64,000 nucleotides of DNA, taken from assembly GCA_049299895.1 (NCBI GenBank), contig JBAQYF010000019.1, forward strand, positions 71,709 through 135,708, written 5' to 3'. The translations under genes and the position numbers were made by a program. Of the stretch, positions 10,265 through 19,220 are shown piece by piece; the stretch's first letter is position 1, and every line of letters begins with the position of its first letter. The notes beneath the pieces are model-generated. The model saw only the letters and a list, made by a program, of their open reading frames with translations, had not been told where the DNA came from and ran no database searches. This DNA comes from Candidatus Altiarchaeia archaeon. GTDB lineage: Archaea; Altiarchaeota; Altiarchaeia; IMC4; QMZM01.

Positions 10265-11958
10265 AGATACTCCTAATAGGCAATCCGAACGTCGGGAAAA
10301 GCTCGCTTTTTTCAAGGCTCACGGGAGTGGAAGTAGTCTGCTCGAATTATCCCGGGACGACGGTCAACTATTCAACCGGAACAGTCAGATGCGCAGGGGA
10401 GAAGGCCGGGATAATAGACGTTCCCGGGACGTACTCTCTCAAGGCTGAGAACCCGGCGGAGAAGGTCGCAACAGACATGTTAAAGGACGGCGACGTCATA
10501 GTGAACGTCGTAGACGCAACGAACCTGGAAAGGAACCTCAACCTCACGCTGCAGGTACTGGAATACGGAAAACCCGCCATAATCGCCCTCAACATGAGCG
10601 ACGATGCAAGGCACCTCGGGATAGAGATAGACAAACAGGCGCTGGAAGAGGCCCTCGGAGTACCCGTGGTCGAAACAGTCGCATTAACGGGACAGGGACT
10701 AAAGGAATTGATAGAGAAAATACCCTACGCAAGAAGCGCTCCCCCAGCGAAAAGAACGGATGCCGACCGCTGGAAAGAGATAGGGAGAATACTTGAAAGA
10801 ACCCAGAAACGCCAGGACAAGCAGCACAGCCTCGCAGAACTCCTGGAAGACGCGACGATAAAACCGCTCACAGGAATACCCATCGCACTCCTCGTATTAT
10901 ACCTGCTATTCTCAGCCATCATAGGAGCAGGAGACGCCCTCACAGAATACGCTATCGACCCGTTCTTCCACACAATATACCTGCCCGCAGCCAAGGCGGC
11001 AGTCGAACCGCTCATACCCCGGGGATTGGCGCATAACCTCCTGCTCGGAACAAGCGACGATCCCGTGGCCGGCCTGGGCATGCTCACGACGGGATTATAC
11101 ATACCAATTGGAATGATCCTGCCGTTCGTCATATTGTTCTATCTGGCACTCGGCCTGCTCGAAGACATAGGATATCTTCCGAGGATCGCAACCCTCATGG
11201 ACAACGTGATGCACAGGATAGGCCTGCACGGCTCGGCCATAATCCCCGCCATACTTGGAATGGGATGCAAGGTCCCGGGGATACTTGCGACAAGGATACT
11301 GGAAACCGAGAAACAGAGATTTATTTCCGCAACGCTGATAGCAATATCCATACCGTGCCTTGCGCAGAACGCGGTGATAGTAAGCCTCCTCATGCGCTAC
11401 GGCATACAATACGTAGCGATAGTATACGCGACGCTGATAATAATACACATAGCAGTAGGGCTTCTCCTCAACAAAATGACGAAGGGCGAAAGCCCGGAGA
11501 TACTCCTGGAGATCCCCCCATACAGGAAACCCTCATTCGGGACGACTATCAAAAAGACCTGGATAAGGGTGAAATACTTCCTGAAAGAAGCCGTGCCTTA
11601 TATTATTATAGGTGTATTCATAGCAAACATATTATTCATCACCGGGACCACGCAGAAAATAGCCGAGACCGCAGGACCCACGTTGACCGCCGCCTTCGGG
11701 ATACCGGGAGACGCCGTTCTGGCGATACTCGTAGGCTTCATCAGAAAGGATGCGGCAGTCGGGATGCTCGCGGCAATACCTATGACCCCCATGCAGCTTA
11801 CGATAGCATGCATACTCCTCGTGACCTATTTCCCGTGCATAGCGACCCTTGTGGTATTATACAACGAGCTGGGAATAAAGAACTTCCTAAAGACGATAGC
11901 ATTGATGATTGTTGTAACGTTCGTCACAGGGGTTGTGTTGAAGATGCTTTTGTTGTAG
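10261..11958 (+). CDS. feoB: Ferrous iron transporter FeoB
   Basis: Starts MKILLIGNPNVGKSSLF (G1 box), followed by the G-domain and a polytopic gate domain. The ATG at 10261 overlaps the DtxR stop. The upstream part of ORF 9988-11958 is a non-coding extension overlapping the DtxR gene in another frame. Confidence 0.9.
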   Translation: MKILLIGNPNVGKSSLFSRLTGVEVVCSNYPGTTVNYSTGTVRCAGEKAGIIDVPGTYSLKAENPAEKVATDMLKDGDVIVNVVDATNLERNLNLTLQVLEYGKPAIIALNMSDDARHLGIEIDKQALEEALGVPVVETVALTGQGLKELIEKIPYARSAPPAKRTDADRWKEIGRILERTQKRQDKQHSLAELLEDATIKPLTGIPIALLVLYLLFSAIIGAGDALTEYAIDPFFHTIYLPAAKAAVEPLIPRGLAHNLLLGTSDDPVAGLGMLTTGLYIPIGMILPFVILFYLALGLLEDIGYLPRIATLMDNVMHRIGLHGSAIIPAILGMGCKVPGILATRILETEKQRFISATLIAISIPCLAQNAVIVSLLMRYGIQYVAIVYATLIIIHIAVGLLLNKMTKGESPEILLEIPPYRKPSFGTTIKKTWIRVKYFLKEAVPYIIIGVFIANILFITGTTQKIAETAGPTLTAAFGIPGDAVLAILVGFIRKDAAVGMLAAIPMTPMQLTIACILLVTYFPCIATLVVLYNELGIKNFLKTIALMIVVTFVTGVVLKMLLL

Positions 11959-12057
11959 TATATCAAATTCGACTTATCGAAATTTTAAAACTACTAAAAA
12001 TAAATATCCCCGCAGCAAGCTGCGGAGTATTTACGATGTAAACGTGTTAAGCTTCAT

Positions 12058-12880
12058 TTGAGAGTAATCTTCTTTCTCTTCAGGGGAACCTTGCTGCTCT
12101 ACATATCTTCTGATTATGTCCTCTGTTACGCCGTCTCCAACGGTCCCTATGTATCCCCCATCACTCCAAAACTCTGCTCCCCAAAGCGTTTTCCTAACCT
12201 CGGAAAACGCTCAAAAAGCATACGGGCAGATACGCTTTTCATCACCTGCATCACTCTGGACGGGGCATACCGGGGAGCAGCCCCAACGAAGTGGTTTTCA
12301 TGCTTTTAACGAGGCTGTCGGCTGGTTTCTTGCCTGCGAGCGGAAAAACCTCGATAGATGCGACAGGCTATGACCGAAGACATGCCAGCAAACACTATGT
12401 GAAAAGATGCAAAATGCAGTTGCAGAGCATGAAAACAACCTACTTGGTGGATACTGAATCACTGGCCATACTTGGAGTTCACACCACCGTAACCCGCAAA
12501 CACGACACCAAAATACTGCTGCCTGTCGTCAGGCAGGCAGAAGAACATTATTTTATAGAAAGCGTCCGCGCGGACAAAGGATACGATGACCAAAAAATAC
12601 GCAACACCCTGCGTGAGGCGGGCATACGCCCGCTCATAAAACACCGGGAATTCAAGCCTTTGGACAAGGCACACAACGCCCGCATGAAAAAAGAGGACTA
12701 CAACCAAAGAGCCATGAGCGAATCAGTAAACAGCATGACCAAACGCAAGCACGGAGACACACTACACACCAAAACTTACTGGACACAATTCAAAGAAATA
12801 CGCCTAAAAGCCATAACCCACAACATCGAAAGATGCATAAAAACAATGCATCAAATAAGGAATTCAATCAAGCTAATAAT
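12058..12880 (+). pseudogene. IS4/IS5-like DDE transposase, disrupted by at least two frameshifts
   Basis: Transposase-like segments are spread over three + strand frames: 12058-12309, 12116-12373, and 12291 to about 12870. Typical DDE_Tnp_1 pieces are present (IDATGYD, ADKGYDD, KHREFKP...HNARMKK). The 3' part of ORF 12291-13214 is a shadow of the opposite-strand ATPase. Confidence 0.5.
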
Positions 12881-12940
12881 TTTTAATTTTAATTCCTTCT
12901 TGGGGGAGTATGCCGTATTCGTGGACGAAATGTCCATTTT

Positions 12941-14194
12941 TTACATCATATACTTCCACAGCGGCACATATTCTATTTCTAATCCGTCTCTTGTCTCCTT
13001 TTTTTCCAGGTCTTTTGTTACGACGAGCAGATTTTTTGCATCCAAGGTTTTTGCTGCCTGCACGTTTTTTGTTATATCTGACTGGGGGTTTTCAGAGTAT
13101 TTGACTTCTATCGGGGTTTTGTCTTTTGTGATGAAGTCGATCTCGCCATGTTTTCTCCAGAAGTTTTCAGCCCCCGATCTCTCGGCTACTGCGTTTTCTG
13201 CTAGTTTGGTATAAATTCCCTGATAGTCTGTTTCGTTTTCGAGGGCTGATGCGGCGAGCGTCGTTGTGGTCAGGTATGCTTTTTTTGCTTTTCTCGTCCC
13301 TGCTGCCGCGCTTCCCGTATGGTTGTAGAGTAGTTTTATCAGGAAGGCTTTCTCAAGGTATTTTACGTATTTTGAAGCCGTCTGATACGTTACCCCGAGG
13401 TTTGATGCAAGGTTGCGGTATTCTATCATCATGCCGGGGTTTTTTGCTATCTGTCTGAATATTTCTGCGAGGACGTCTGGTTCTGCGGCATCGTACGTCT
13501 TTGGTATGTCCCCATATATTATTTTTTCGGTTATGCTTCTTACGTATTTTCTTACCTTGTCGTAGTCTGCCTCGTTGATTATTTCCGGGAATCCTCCCCG
13601 GATAAGATAGTTTACAAGCTCTTTTTTGAGGATATCTTTTTGTATTACTGTATCCTTTATTTCTATTCCCTTGAAGTAGAGATATTCCTGATAATTCAGC
13701 GGTTTTAGCTGGAAGTCATATATTCTGCCTGCGAGGCTTTCCTGGGCTTTTCGAATGTTTACGCCTGCCGACCCTGAGACGACGAATTTTATTCCTTTAT
13801 CGAGGTCGTAATATCTCTTGAGTATTATCTGCCAGTCTCTTACATGGCTTATCTCGTCAAGGAAAATGTATACATTCCTCAGGTCCTCTCTGAGTATACT
13901 CTCCTCGTAGGCCTGGATCAGTTTTTCTACTGCATCAGGATCTTTTGCAAAAATCTCGTCAAAGGAGAAGTACATAATCCTCAGGGGATTCGTCTTTTCC
14001 AGCAGGCGGTCTATGAACTGGTGCATGAGAACAGTCTTCCCCACTCTGCGTAGACCGGTAATACATAAGATTTGCTTGTCTTCTTGGTATCGGAGAACTA
14101 CTTCTAAAAGCCGCCTTTCCTTTGGAGGGCTCTGGAAAGCCTTTGAACCGCTCCACCAGGGGTTCTGCCTTACAAGATAATCAACAAGTTCCAT
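12941..14194 (-). CDS. AAA+ superfamily ATPase (COG1373 / DUF4143 type)
   Basis: 417 aa. Walker A GLRRVGKT. Architecture typical of the archaeal 'predicted ATPase (AAA+)' proteins often found next to mobile elements. Its promoter region 14195-14290 is very AT-rich. Confidence 0.75.
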   Translation of the reverse strand: MELVDYLVRQNPWWSGSKAFQSPPKERRLLEVVLRYQEDKQILCITGLRRVGKTVLMHQFIDRLLEKTNPLRIMYFSFDEIFAKDPDAVEKLIQAYEESILREDLRNVYIFLDEISHVRDWQIILKRYYDLDKGIKFVVSGSAGVNIRKAQESLAGRIYDFQLKPLNYQEYLYFKGIEIKDTVIQKDILKKELVNYLIRGGFPEIINEADYDKVRKYVRSITEKIIYGDIPKTYDAAEPDVLAEIFRQIAKNPGMMIEYRNLASNLGVTYQTASKYVKYLEKAFLIKLLYNHTGSAAAGTRKAKKAYLTTTTLAASALENETDYQGIYTKLAENAVAERSGAENFWRKHGEIDFITKDKTPIEVKYSENPQSDITKNVQAAKTLDAKNLLVVTKDLEKKETRDGLEIEYVPLWKYMM

Positions 14195-14314
14195 TTTAGT
14201 AATATAATTGGTTAATTATATATAAAAATCAATTAATACAATTATTAATTTTGTATTAATTACAATTAATACATTTAAAAAGAGTATCTGAAACCAGATA
14301 TATCCCATGGAAAA

Positions 14315-14407
14315 ATGGAGGGGACCTTGAACTACGCAAAGACGATAGGATTGATGCTTGTCGTAACATTCGTCACGGGAACGCTGCTGAAGGTCCTGCT
14401 GCTCTGA
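14315..14407 (+). other. Relict duplicate of the feoB 3' end (30-codon mini-ORF, MEGTLNYAKTIGLMLVVTFVTGTLLKVLLL*)
   Basis: The nucleotide stretch 14330-14407 aligns to feoB 11877-11958 (KNFLKTIALMIVVTFVTGVVLKMLLL*). It ends at a stop codon in the equivalent position. Similarity stops sharply upstream of about 14325. Confidence 0.6.
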
Positions 14408-14412
14408 CAGGC

Positions 14413-15657
14413 TCATTGGGTTACTTCCAGCGAAGCGACCCGGTAATCCTCTTTTACGCCCGGGGCAGTTCCTTTCTTCTGGTTGCGCTCGTATACGAAA
14501 GAGCCCACAGTAGCAATGATGTTGGTGAACACTATTATTATCAGCACCATGTCCGTGAAGCCTGCCGGAACCGCCCTCGTTATCAGGGGCGACGATGCGA
14601 GAACTGCTGCCGCAAGGCCTCTTGGCATCATGGTCCCGATGATTGTCCCGGAATCGGACAATTCTTTTCCGTTGCGCTTTATTATGAGGACCGTCGGTAT
14701 CGCCCTTGCGAGGATAAGAGCCAGGACTATGACGAAAGCCGTTATTAGAAGCGAGCCGTTGAGTATCTTCAGATTGAATAAAAGCCCCAGGTACACGAAG
14801 AAGAAGGTGCGGATGAAAAAGGAGACCTCTTCCTGGAATGCGCGTATGCTCGGATCCAGGACAAAGTTTTTGTCTATCCTGAGGATCCTTGCAAGGTCTG
14901 TCGAATTGCCGAGGACCAGGCCGAAACAGAATGCCGCTATTGCCCCGTTCCCCTGCGAGAATTCCACAAAAGAGTAAAGCAGGAATATGACGGCAACGGT
15001 CATAAGATACCCGAAAGGCAGGTGATGGAAACGCGCAAGTATCCTTATCCAGAATATCCCGAATATGAAAGCAAAAAATGCGCCGACCGCAAAGGCGGAG
15101 AACAGGCCGTTCGACACTTCGGACAGGTCCGCAGACCCGGAGACTATGATGCCGCTTATGGTGATCGCGCCTATTATGCTCAATACGTCAGTCAGGGTCG
15201 CCTCAAGCGTGAGCAGCACGCGGACGCACTCGTTTATGTTCAGCTTGGACGCAAGGGAGATAACGATAGCGGAACTCGGACCCCCGACGACGATCCCCAT
15301 AAGAAGCGCCGGCAGGAGGTCCCAGCCCATGAGATAAAGCGCCGCCATGACCAGTACGCCGTTGAGTGCGAAAACCGACACTGTGTAGACGGTCGCAGTC
15401 GGGAGCTCGTTTATGACCTTCTGGAACTTGAGATTTATCCCCCCGTCGAAGAGTATCATCATGAGAGCAAGTGCGCCGAAGTATTCTGCGAATGACAGGA
15501 AGACCTTGGAGTCGAAACCCGGGAAGCCGTTGGCGATTAGAACGCCTATGGACATTAGTATCAGGACGTCGGGTATCTTTGTCTTCTCGAAGAAAAGCAT
15601 GCTGAAAAAGCCCACGAAGATTATCAGCCCCATTGCGAAAAAGACGGTTTCTATCAT
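14413..15657 (-). CDS. Na+/H+ (cation:proton) antiporter, CPA1 family
   Basis: 414 aa with 11-12 TM segments. Na_H_Exchanger-like layout. A C-terminal cytoplasmic tail is present. Confidence 0.8.
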   Translation of the reverse strand: MIETVFFAMGLIIFVGFFSMLFFEKTKIPDVLILMSIGVLIANGFPGFDSKVFLSFAEYFGALALMMILFDGGINLKFQKVINELPTATVYTVSVFALNGVLVMAALYLMGWDLLPALLMGIVVGGPSSAIVISLASKLNINECVRVLLTLEATLTDVLSIIGAITISGIIVSGSADLSEVSNGLFSAFAVGAFFAFIFGIFWIRILARFHHLPFGYLMTVAVIFLLYSFVEFSQGNGAIAAFCFGLVLGNSTDLARILRIDKNFVLDPSIRAFQEEVSFFIRTFFFVYLGLLFNLKILNGSLLITAFVIVLALILARAIPTVLIIKRNGKELSDSGTIIGTMMPRGLAAAVLASSPLITRAVPAGFTDMVLIIIVFTNIIATVGSFVYERNQKKGTAPGVKEDYRVASLEVTQ

Positions 15658-15786
15658 TGTATCAGATCAAAAAAACAACCCGGCAATCATATATTTAGCG
15701 GATAAGACTATTTAAAACTTTTACCGCAGGAATAACGTCTTTTGCCCATGCGTTCCCTAAACATAAACCCATAAAAGGCGTTTTAC

Positions 15787-16312
15787 ATGCCAGAACAGAA
15801 AACCGATACCGGCACAGGGTTAAACTCGTCGGAGGCGGGAAAAAGGCTGCTCGAATACGGACCAAACAGGTTATCCAGGCCGTATGAAGTAAAGTTCCGG
15901 GATATCGTGAAAGAAGACCATCAGAGGGATACTCGCATCCGGGGCAAGCCTGTTTGCCGCTGTATGGATAGCGTACTACTATGCGGCGTCCATGAACCTG
16001 CCCCTGGCAGAGATACAGACCTACGCCTTCACGGCATGGATAACGGGACACCTGATACTCGCATACATCTCCAGATCCGAGACAGACCCGTTATACAAGC
16101 TCGGACTCTTCTCGAACGGGATAATGAACTATTGGGCGGCGCTGGTGGTGCCGTTCCTCGCACTCTTCATATACGTTCCCGCGGTAGGAACGCAGCTGAA
16201 AGCAACCTGGATACCTATTGGGGAGATAGCGGGCATCGCACTGATAGCCTTCCTTGCGATAATCTGGCAGGAAATAGGGAAAACTATAAAATACCTGAAG
16301 AACAATAGATAA
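15787..16312 (+). pseudogene. Internally deleted P-type cation ATPase: N-terminal ~35 codons joined out of frame to the C-terminal ~140 codons
   Basis: ORF 15787 starts with the cation-ATPase-N motif GLNSSEAGKRLLEYGPNRL and then loses similarity. A second frame (15896-16312, after an in-frame stop) reads ...ILASGASLFAAVWIAYYYAASMNLPLAEIQTYAFTAWITGHLILAYISRSE...FSN...YVPAVGTQLKATWIPIGEIAGIALIAFLAIIWQEIGK. This matches the last TM helices and the NARSE-like segment of type II P-type ATPases. About 2 kb of core sequence is missing. Confidence 0.55.
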
Positions 16313-16316
16313 CAAA

Positions 16317-16568
16317 ATGAAAATCGGCGTATGCGGCGTAGCCTGCGAAAAATGCCCCAAGATGACGAAAGGAACATGCCCCAACAAAGATACGGGAGGA
16401 TGCGTCCCAAAAGATAACCCGTTCTGCAAGATAGCAACATGCGCCCACCACAGGGGAGTCAAACTCTGCTTTGAATGCCCCGCATTCCCGTGCGCAACCT
16501 CAAAAACAGGCCCCCTCAACTACGGATACTGCCAGTATCTTGCAGGAAAAGACATCAACGGGCTGTAA
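16317..16568 (+). CDS. Small cysteine-rich protein (14 Cys in 83 aa), possible metal/FeS-binding, DUF3795-like
   Basis: Sequence MKIGVCGVACEKCPK...CP...C...C..C.FECPAFPC contains several CxxC pairs. Confidence 0.4.
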   Translation: MKIGVCGVACEKCPKMTKGTCPNKDTGGCVPKDNPFCKIATCAHHRGVKLCFECPAFPCATSKTGPLNYGYCQYLAGKDINGL

Positions 16569-16572
16569 AACC

Positions 16573-18072
16573 CTATTCGACTATCACGTGCGCGTCTTTC
16601 AGGTCCTTGTCCACCTTCAGGAAGAGCGCAAGGAATGCGCCGAATACAAGTATCAGGGACGCTATGTAAAAGTCCGTCCTGTATGCTATTATCTGCGCCT
16701 TGAGTACGACCAGATTCAACACCTGCGCGCGTATGACCGGATCAGCCGTGTTTATCACCGTGTTCTGCGAAAGGGCCAGGACCTGATCCTCGGTCGTGTA
16801 GCGGATGATGGTCGCAAAGAACGCTATCCCGAAGGCCCCCGCGATGTTCCTTGCGAGTGCGAGGATAGACGAGGATATGCCTATCTCATCTTCCGGGACG
16901 ACCGCAGCGATTATGTTCGTCCTCTGCGCCATGCCAAGACCCATCCCGAAAGCAAGGGTAAAGACCGCGAACATTATCTCAGGGGCAGTGGACCTTACGT
17001 CCAGCGTAACGAAAAGCGACATACCAAGAGCTGCAATCAGCGTGCTTAAGGCTATCACGTATCTGGGCTCGACTTTTCCTGTGAGGCTTCCCCCGAGGGG
17101 CGCTGCAAGCATCATCCCGAATGCCATGGGCATAAAGAGGTAACCGGTCGCAGTCGCGTCATACCCCAGGTATATCTGGGCGAAGAGCGGCAGTATGAAT
17201 ATCCCCCCCATCATCCCCATGAAGATAATAAAATTATTCAGCAATGCCCCAAGGAATATCTTCTCCCGCAGGTACTTGAAGTCCACTATCGGCTCCGGGT
17301 GCTTGTCGTCTATCAGATAGAACACGTAGAAGAACGTCAGCCCTATAAAGTAGCAGGCCATCGCTTCCGGGGAACCCCAGCCCCAGTCTACGCCCTTGTC
17401 GAGGACCAGGACGAGCGCAGACAGGGCAACACCCAGGGTTATAGCGCCCCACCAATCGAATTTCAGAGTCTTTCTCTCGGACGTAGATTCATTGATGAAC
17501 ATAAGAGCCATTACCAGGCCAAGGATACCTACAGGGAGATTGATCAAAAACACAGACCTCCAGCCGAAGGTATCTATCAATGGACCGCCTATCAAAGGCC
17601 CGAATACGGAGGCAACGGCAAACGAGGAAGACCATATGCCGAGAGCCATGGAACGCTCCCTCCCCTTCCTGAACGTGACGGCGATGATGGCCATCGCAGT
17701 CGGATAATCCGCGGACCCGGCAATTGCCTGTATGATCCGGAACACTATCATAGAATTAAGGTCCCAGGCAAGGCCAGCAAGGACGGAACCTATTATGAAA
17801 ATGGTAAAACCCATTATGTAGATCTTTTTCCTTCCAAGGGTGTCCCCCAATTTACCCCAGATGGGGACGAATATAGCGTTCGCAAGGATGTAGGCGGTCG
17901 CAATCCATCCTGCGGAGGATACGGTTATGTTAAAATCAGAGATAATCCTGGGCAGCGCCAGATTGACTATTGTCTGGTCTAATCGCCCCAGGAACGTTCC
18001 TACGATGACCGTCAGGAGTATCCACCATTTCAGGCTGCCGTTGCCGTTCTCCGCGCCTTTCCCGTTTTCCAT
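16573..18072 (-). CDS. MFS transporter, DHA2 (EmrB/QacA-like, 14 TM) efflux family
   Basis: 499 aa with MFS signature regions and 14 predicted helices. It is the last gene of the COG1361-MarR-HlyD-MFS same-strand cluster. Confidence 0.85.
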   Translation of the reverse strand: MENGKGAENGNGSLKWWILLTVIVGTFLGRLDQTIVNLALPRIISDFNITVSSAGWIATAYILANAIFVPIWGKLGDTLGRKKIYIMGFTIFIIGSVLAGLAWDLNSMIVFRIIQAIAGSADYPTAMAIIAVTFRKGRERSMALGIWSSSFAVASVFGPLIGGPLIDTFGWRSVFLINLPVGILGLVMALMFINESTSERKTLKFDWWGAITLGVALSALVLVLDKGVDWGWGSPEAMACYFIGLTFFYVFYLIDDKHPEPIVDFKYLREKIFLGALLNNFIIFMGMMGGIFILPLFAQIYLGYDATATGYLFMPMAFGMMLAAPLGGSLTGKVEPRYVIALSTLIAALGMSLFVTLDVRSTAPEIMFAVFTLAFGMGLGMAQRTNIIAAVVPEDEIGISSSILALARNIAGAFGIAFFATIIRYTTEDQVLALSQNTVINTADPVIRAQVLNLVVLKAQIIAYRTDFYIASLILVFGAFLALFLKVDKDLKDAHVIVE

Positions 18073-18088
18073 GATCCGCTTATTCTGT

Positions 18089-18766
18089 TTACTTGTGTAT
18101 CCACATCTTCGCGGACATCCCGTTCATCAGCTCGGGATAGGCGTATACGTCGTATTTCACCTTCACGTCGAACTGCTTCTGCTCCCTCTTGTCGGAGATG
18201 GAGAAAACAAGATCAGAGGACCTCGCCGTGGGGCTTATGCCGTCCACGACGCCGGAGTATTCTTTTGACGGGAACGCATCCACGGTGAACGATACTTTCT
18301 GGCCGACTCTCAGGTCGGATAAGCCTTTGTTCTCTTCCACGCGGCCGACTACCCGCAACTCCTTCGGATCTATTATCCTGACAATGGAATCCGCATTGCT
18401 GACAGCCTGCCCGGGGACGTTCTTCACGGAAAGGACTATGCCGTCTGCGCCCGCGCGTATCACCTGGCCGTCCCTCAGGCGCGCAACAACCTTATTCTTC
18501 GAGACCTTGTCTCCTTCCTTGACCAATACCTCATCCAATACGACCGGCGGAGACGTCGGAGCAAGCCTCGGGCCGAGAGATATCACGGGCGCCGATATCT
18601 CGGACTTTTCCACGTAGACCTTGCTCTGCTCGTCCTGCCAGTAGGCAAGACCCGCTACCGACGCCGCAAGAACGATGAAAGCGATAACGCCGAGCGCTAC
18701 CGGACTATTCCTTATCTTACGGAAAATATTCCTCTTAGGTTTAGCCCCATGACTTTTATTTGGCAT
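18089..18766 (-). CDS. HlyD-family membrane-fusion / periplasmic adaptor protein (EmrA-like)
   Basis: N-terminal TM anchor, then biotinyl-lipoyl-like and beta-barrel segments (VKEGDKVSKNKVVARL..., GQKVSFTVDAFP). It is coupled to the downstream MFS pump. Confidence 0.7.
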   Translation of the reverse strand: MPNKSHGAKPKRNIFRKIRNSPVALGVIAFIVLAASVAGLAYWQDEQSKVYVEKSEISAPVISLGPRLAPTSPPVVLDEVLVKEGDKVSKNKVVARLRDGQVIRAGADGIVLSVKNVPGQAVSNADSIVRIIDPKELRVVGRVEENKGLSDLRVGQKVSFTVDAFPSKEYSGVVDGISPTARSSDLVFSISDKREQKQFDVKVKYDVYAYPELMNGMSAKMWIHK

Positions 18767-19214
18767 TTTCTTCCTCCCCGCACACCCTCATGAATATCTC
18801 CCTGACTTTGTCGAGCGACGCGCACAGCGCCTCCAGATCCCCGTCGGAAAGTTTCGAAAGGTTTTTCTTTATCTCCTCCTTTTCTTCTACGCGATGCTTC
18901 AACATGAACGCCTTCCCGGCTTCGGTCAATGAGATATTTATTATCCTCCGATCGTTCGCATCATAAGTCCTCTCCAGCTTCCCGTCATTTATTAGGCGGT
19001 CGATAAGAAAGGTCGCCCCGGGCTTTGAGACGCAAATATTGCGCCCAAGCTCGGACATGGACATGGAACCCTTACGCAGAAGGATCCCCATTATCATGTA
19101 ATGGCCGGGATTTAGGCCCTCTGTATTCTTGTGCCAGGCCGTGACCTTCCGGTAAAAAAAAGGCAGGAACATATGCAGCCGGTCTGCGATCGCCTCAAGC
19201 TTTTCGTCGTCCAT
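18756..19214 (-). CDS. MarR-family transcriptional regulator
   Basis: Winged HTH ...HYMIMGILLRKGSMSMSELGRNICVSKPGATFLIDRLINDGKLER.... It overlaps the HlyD start by 11 bp. Confidence 0.8.
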   Translation of the reverse strand: MDDEKLEAIADRLHMFLPFFYRKVTAWHKNTEGLNPGHYMIMGILLRKGSMSMSELGRNICVSKPGATFLIDRLINDGKLERTYDANDRRIINISLTEAGKAFMLKHRVEEKEEIKKNLSKLSDGDLEALCASLDKVREIFMRVCGEEENAK

Positions 19215-19220
19215 CTTGCT

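Noticed and set aside
12880-13214. C-terminal third of ORF 12291-13214
   Set aside because: It is a shadow of the opposite-strand AAA+ ATPase (12941-14194). Transposase similarity ends near 12870.
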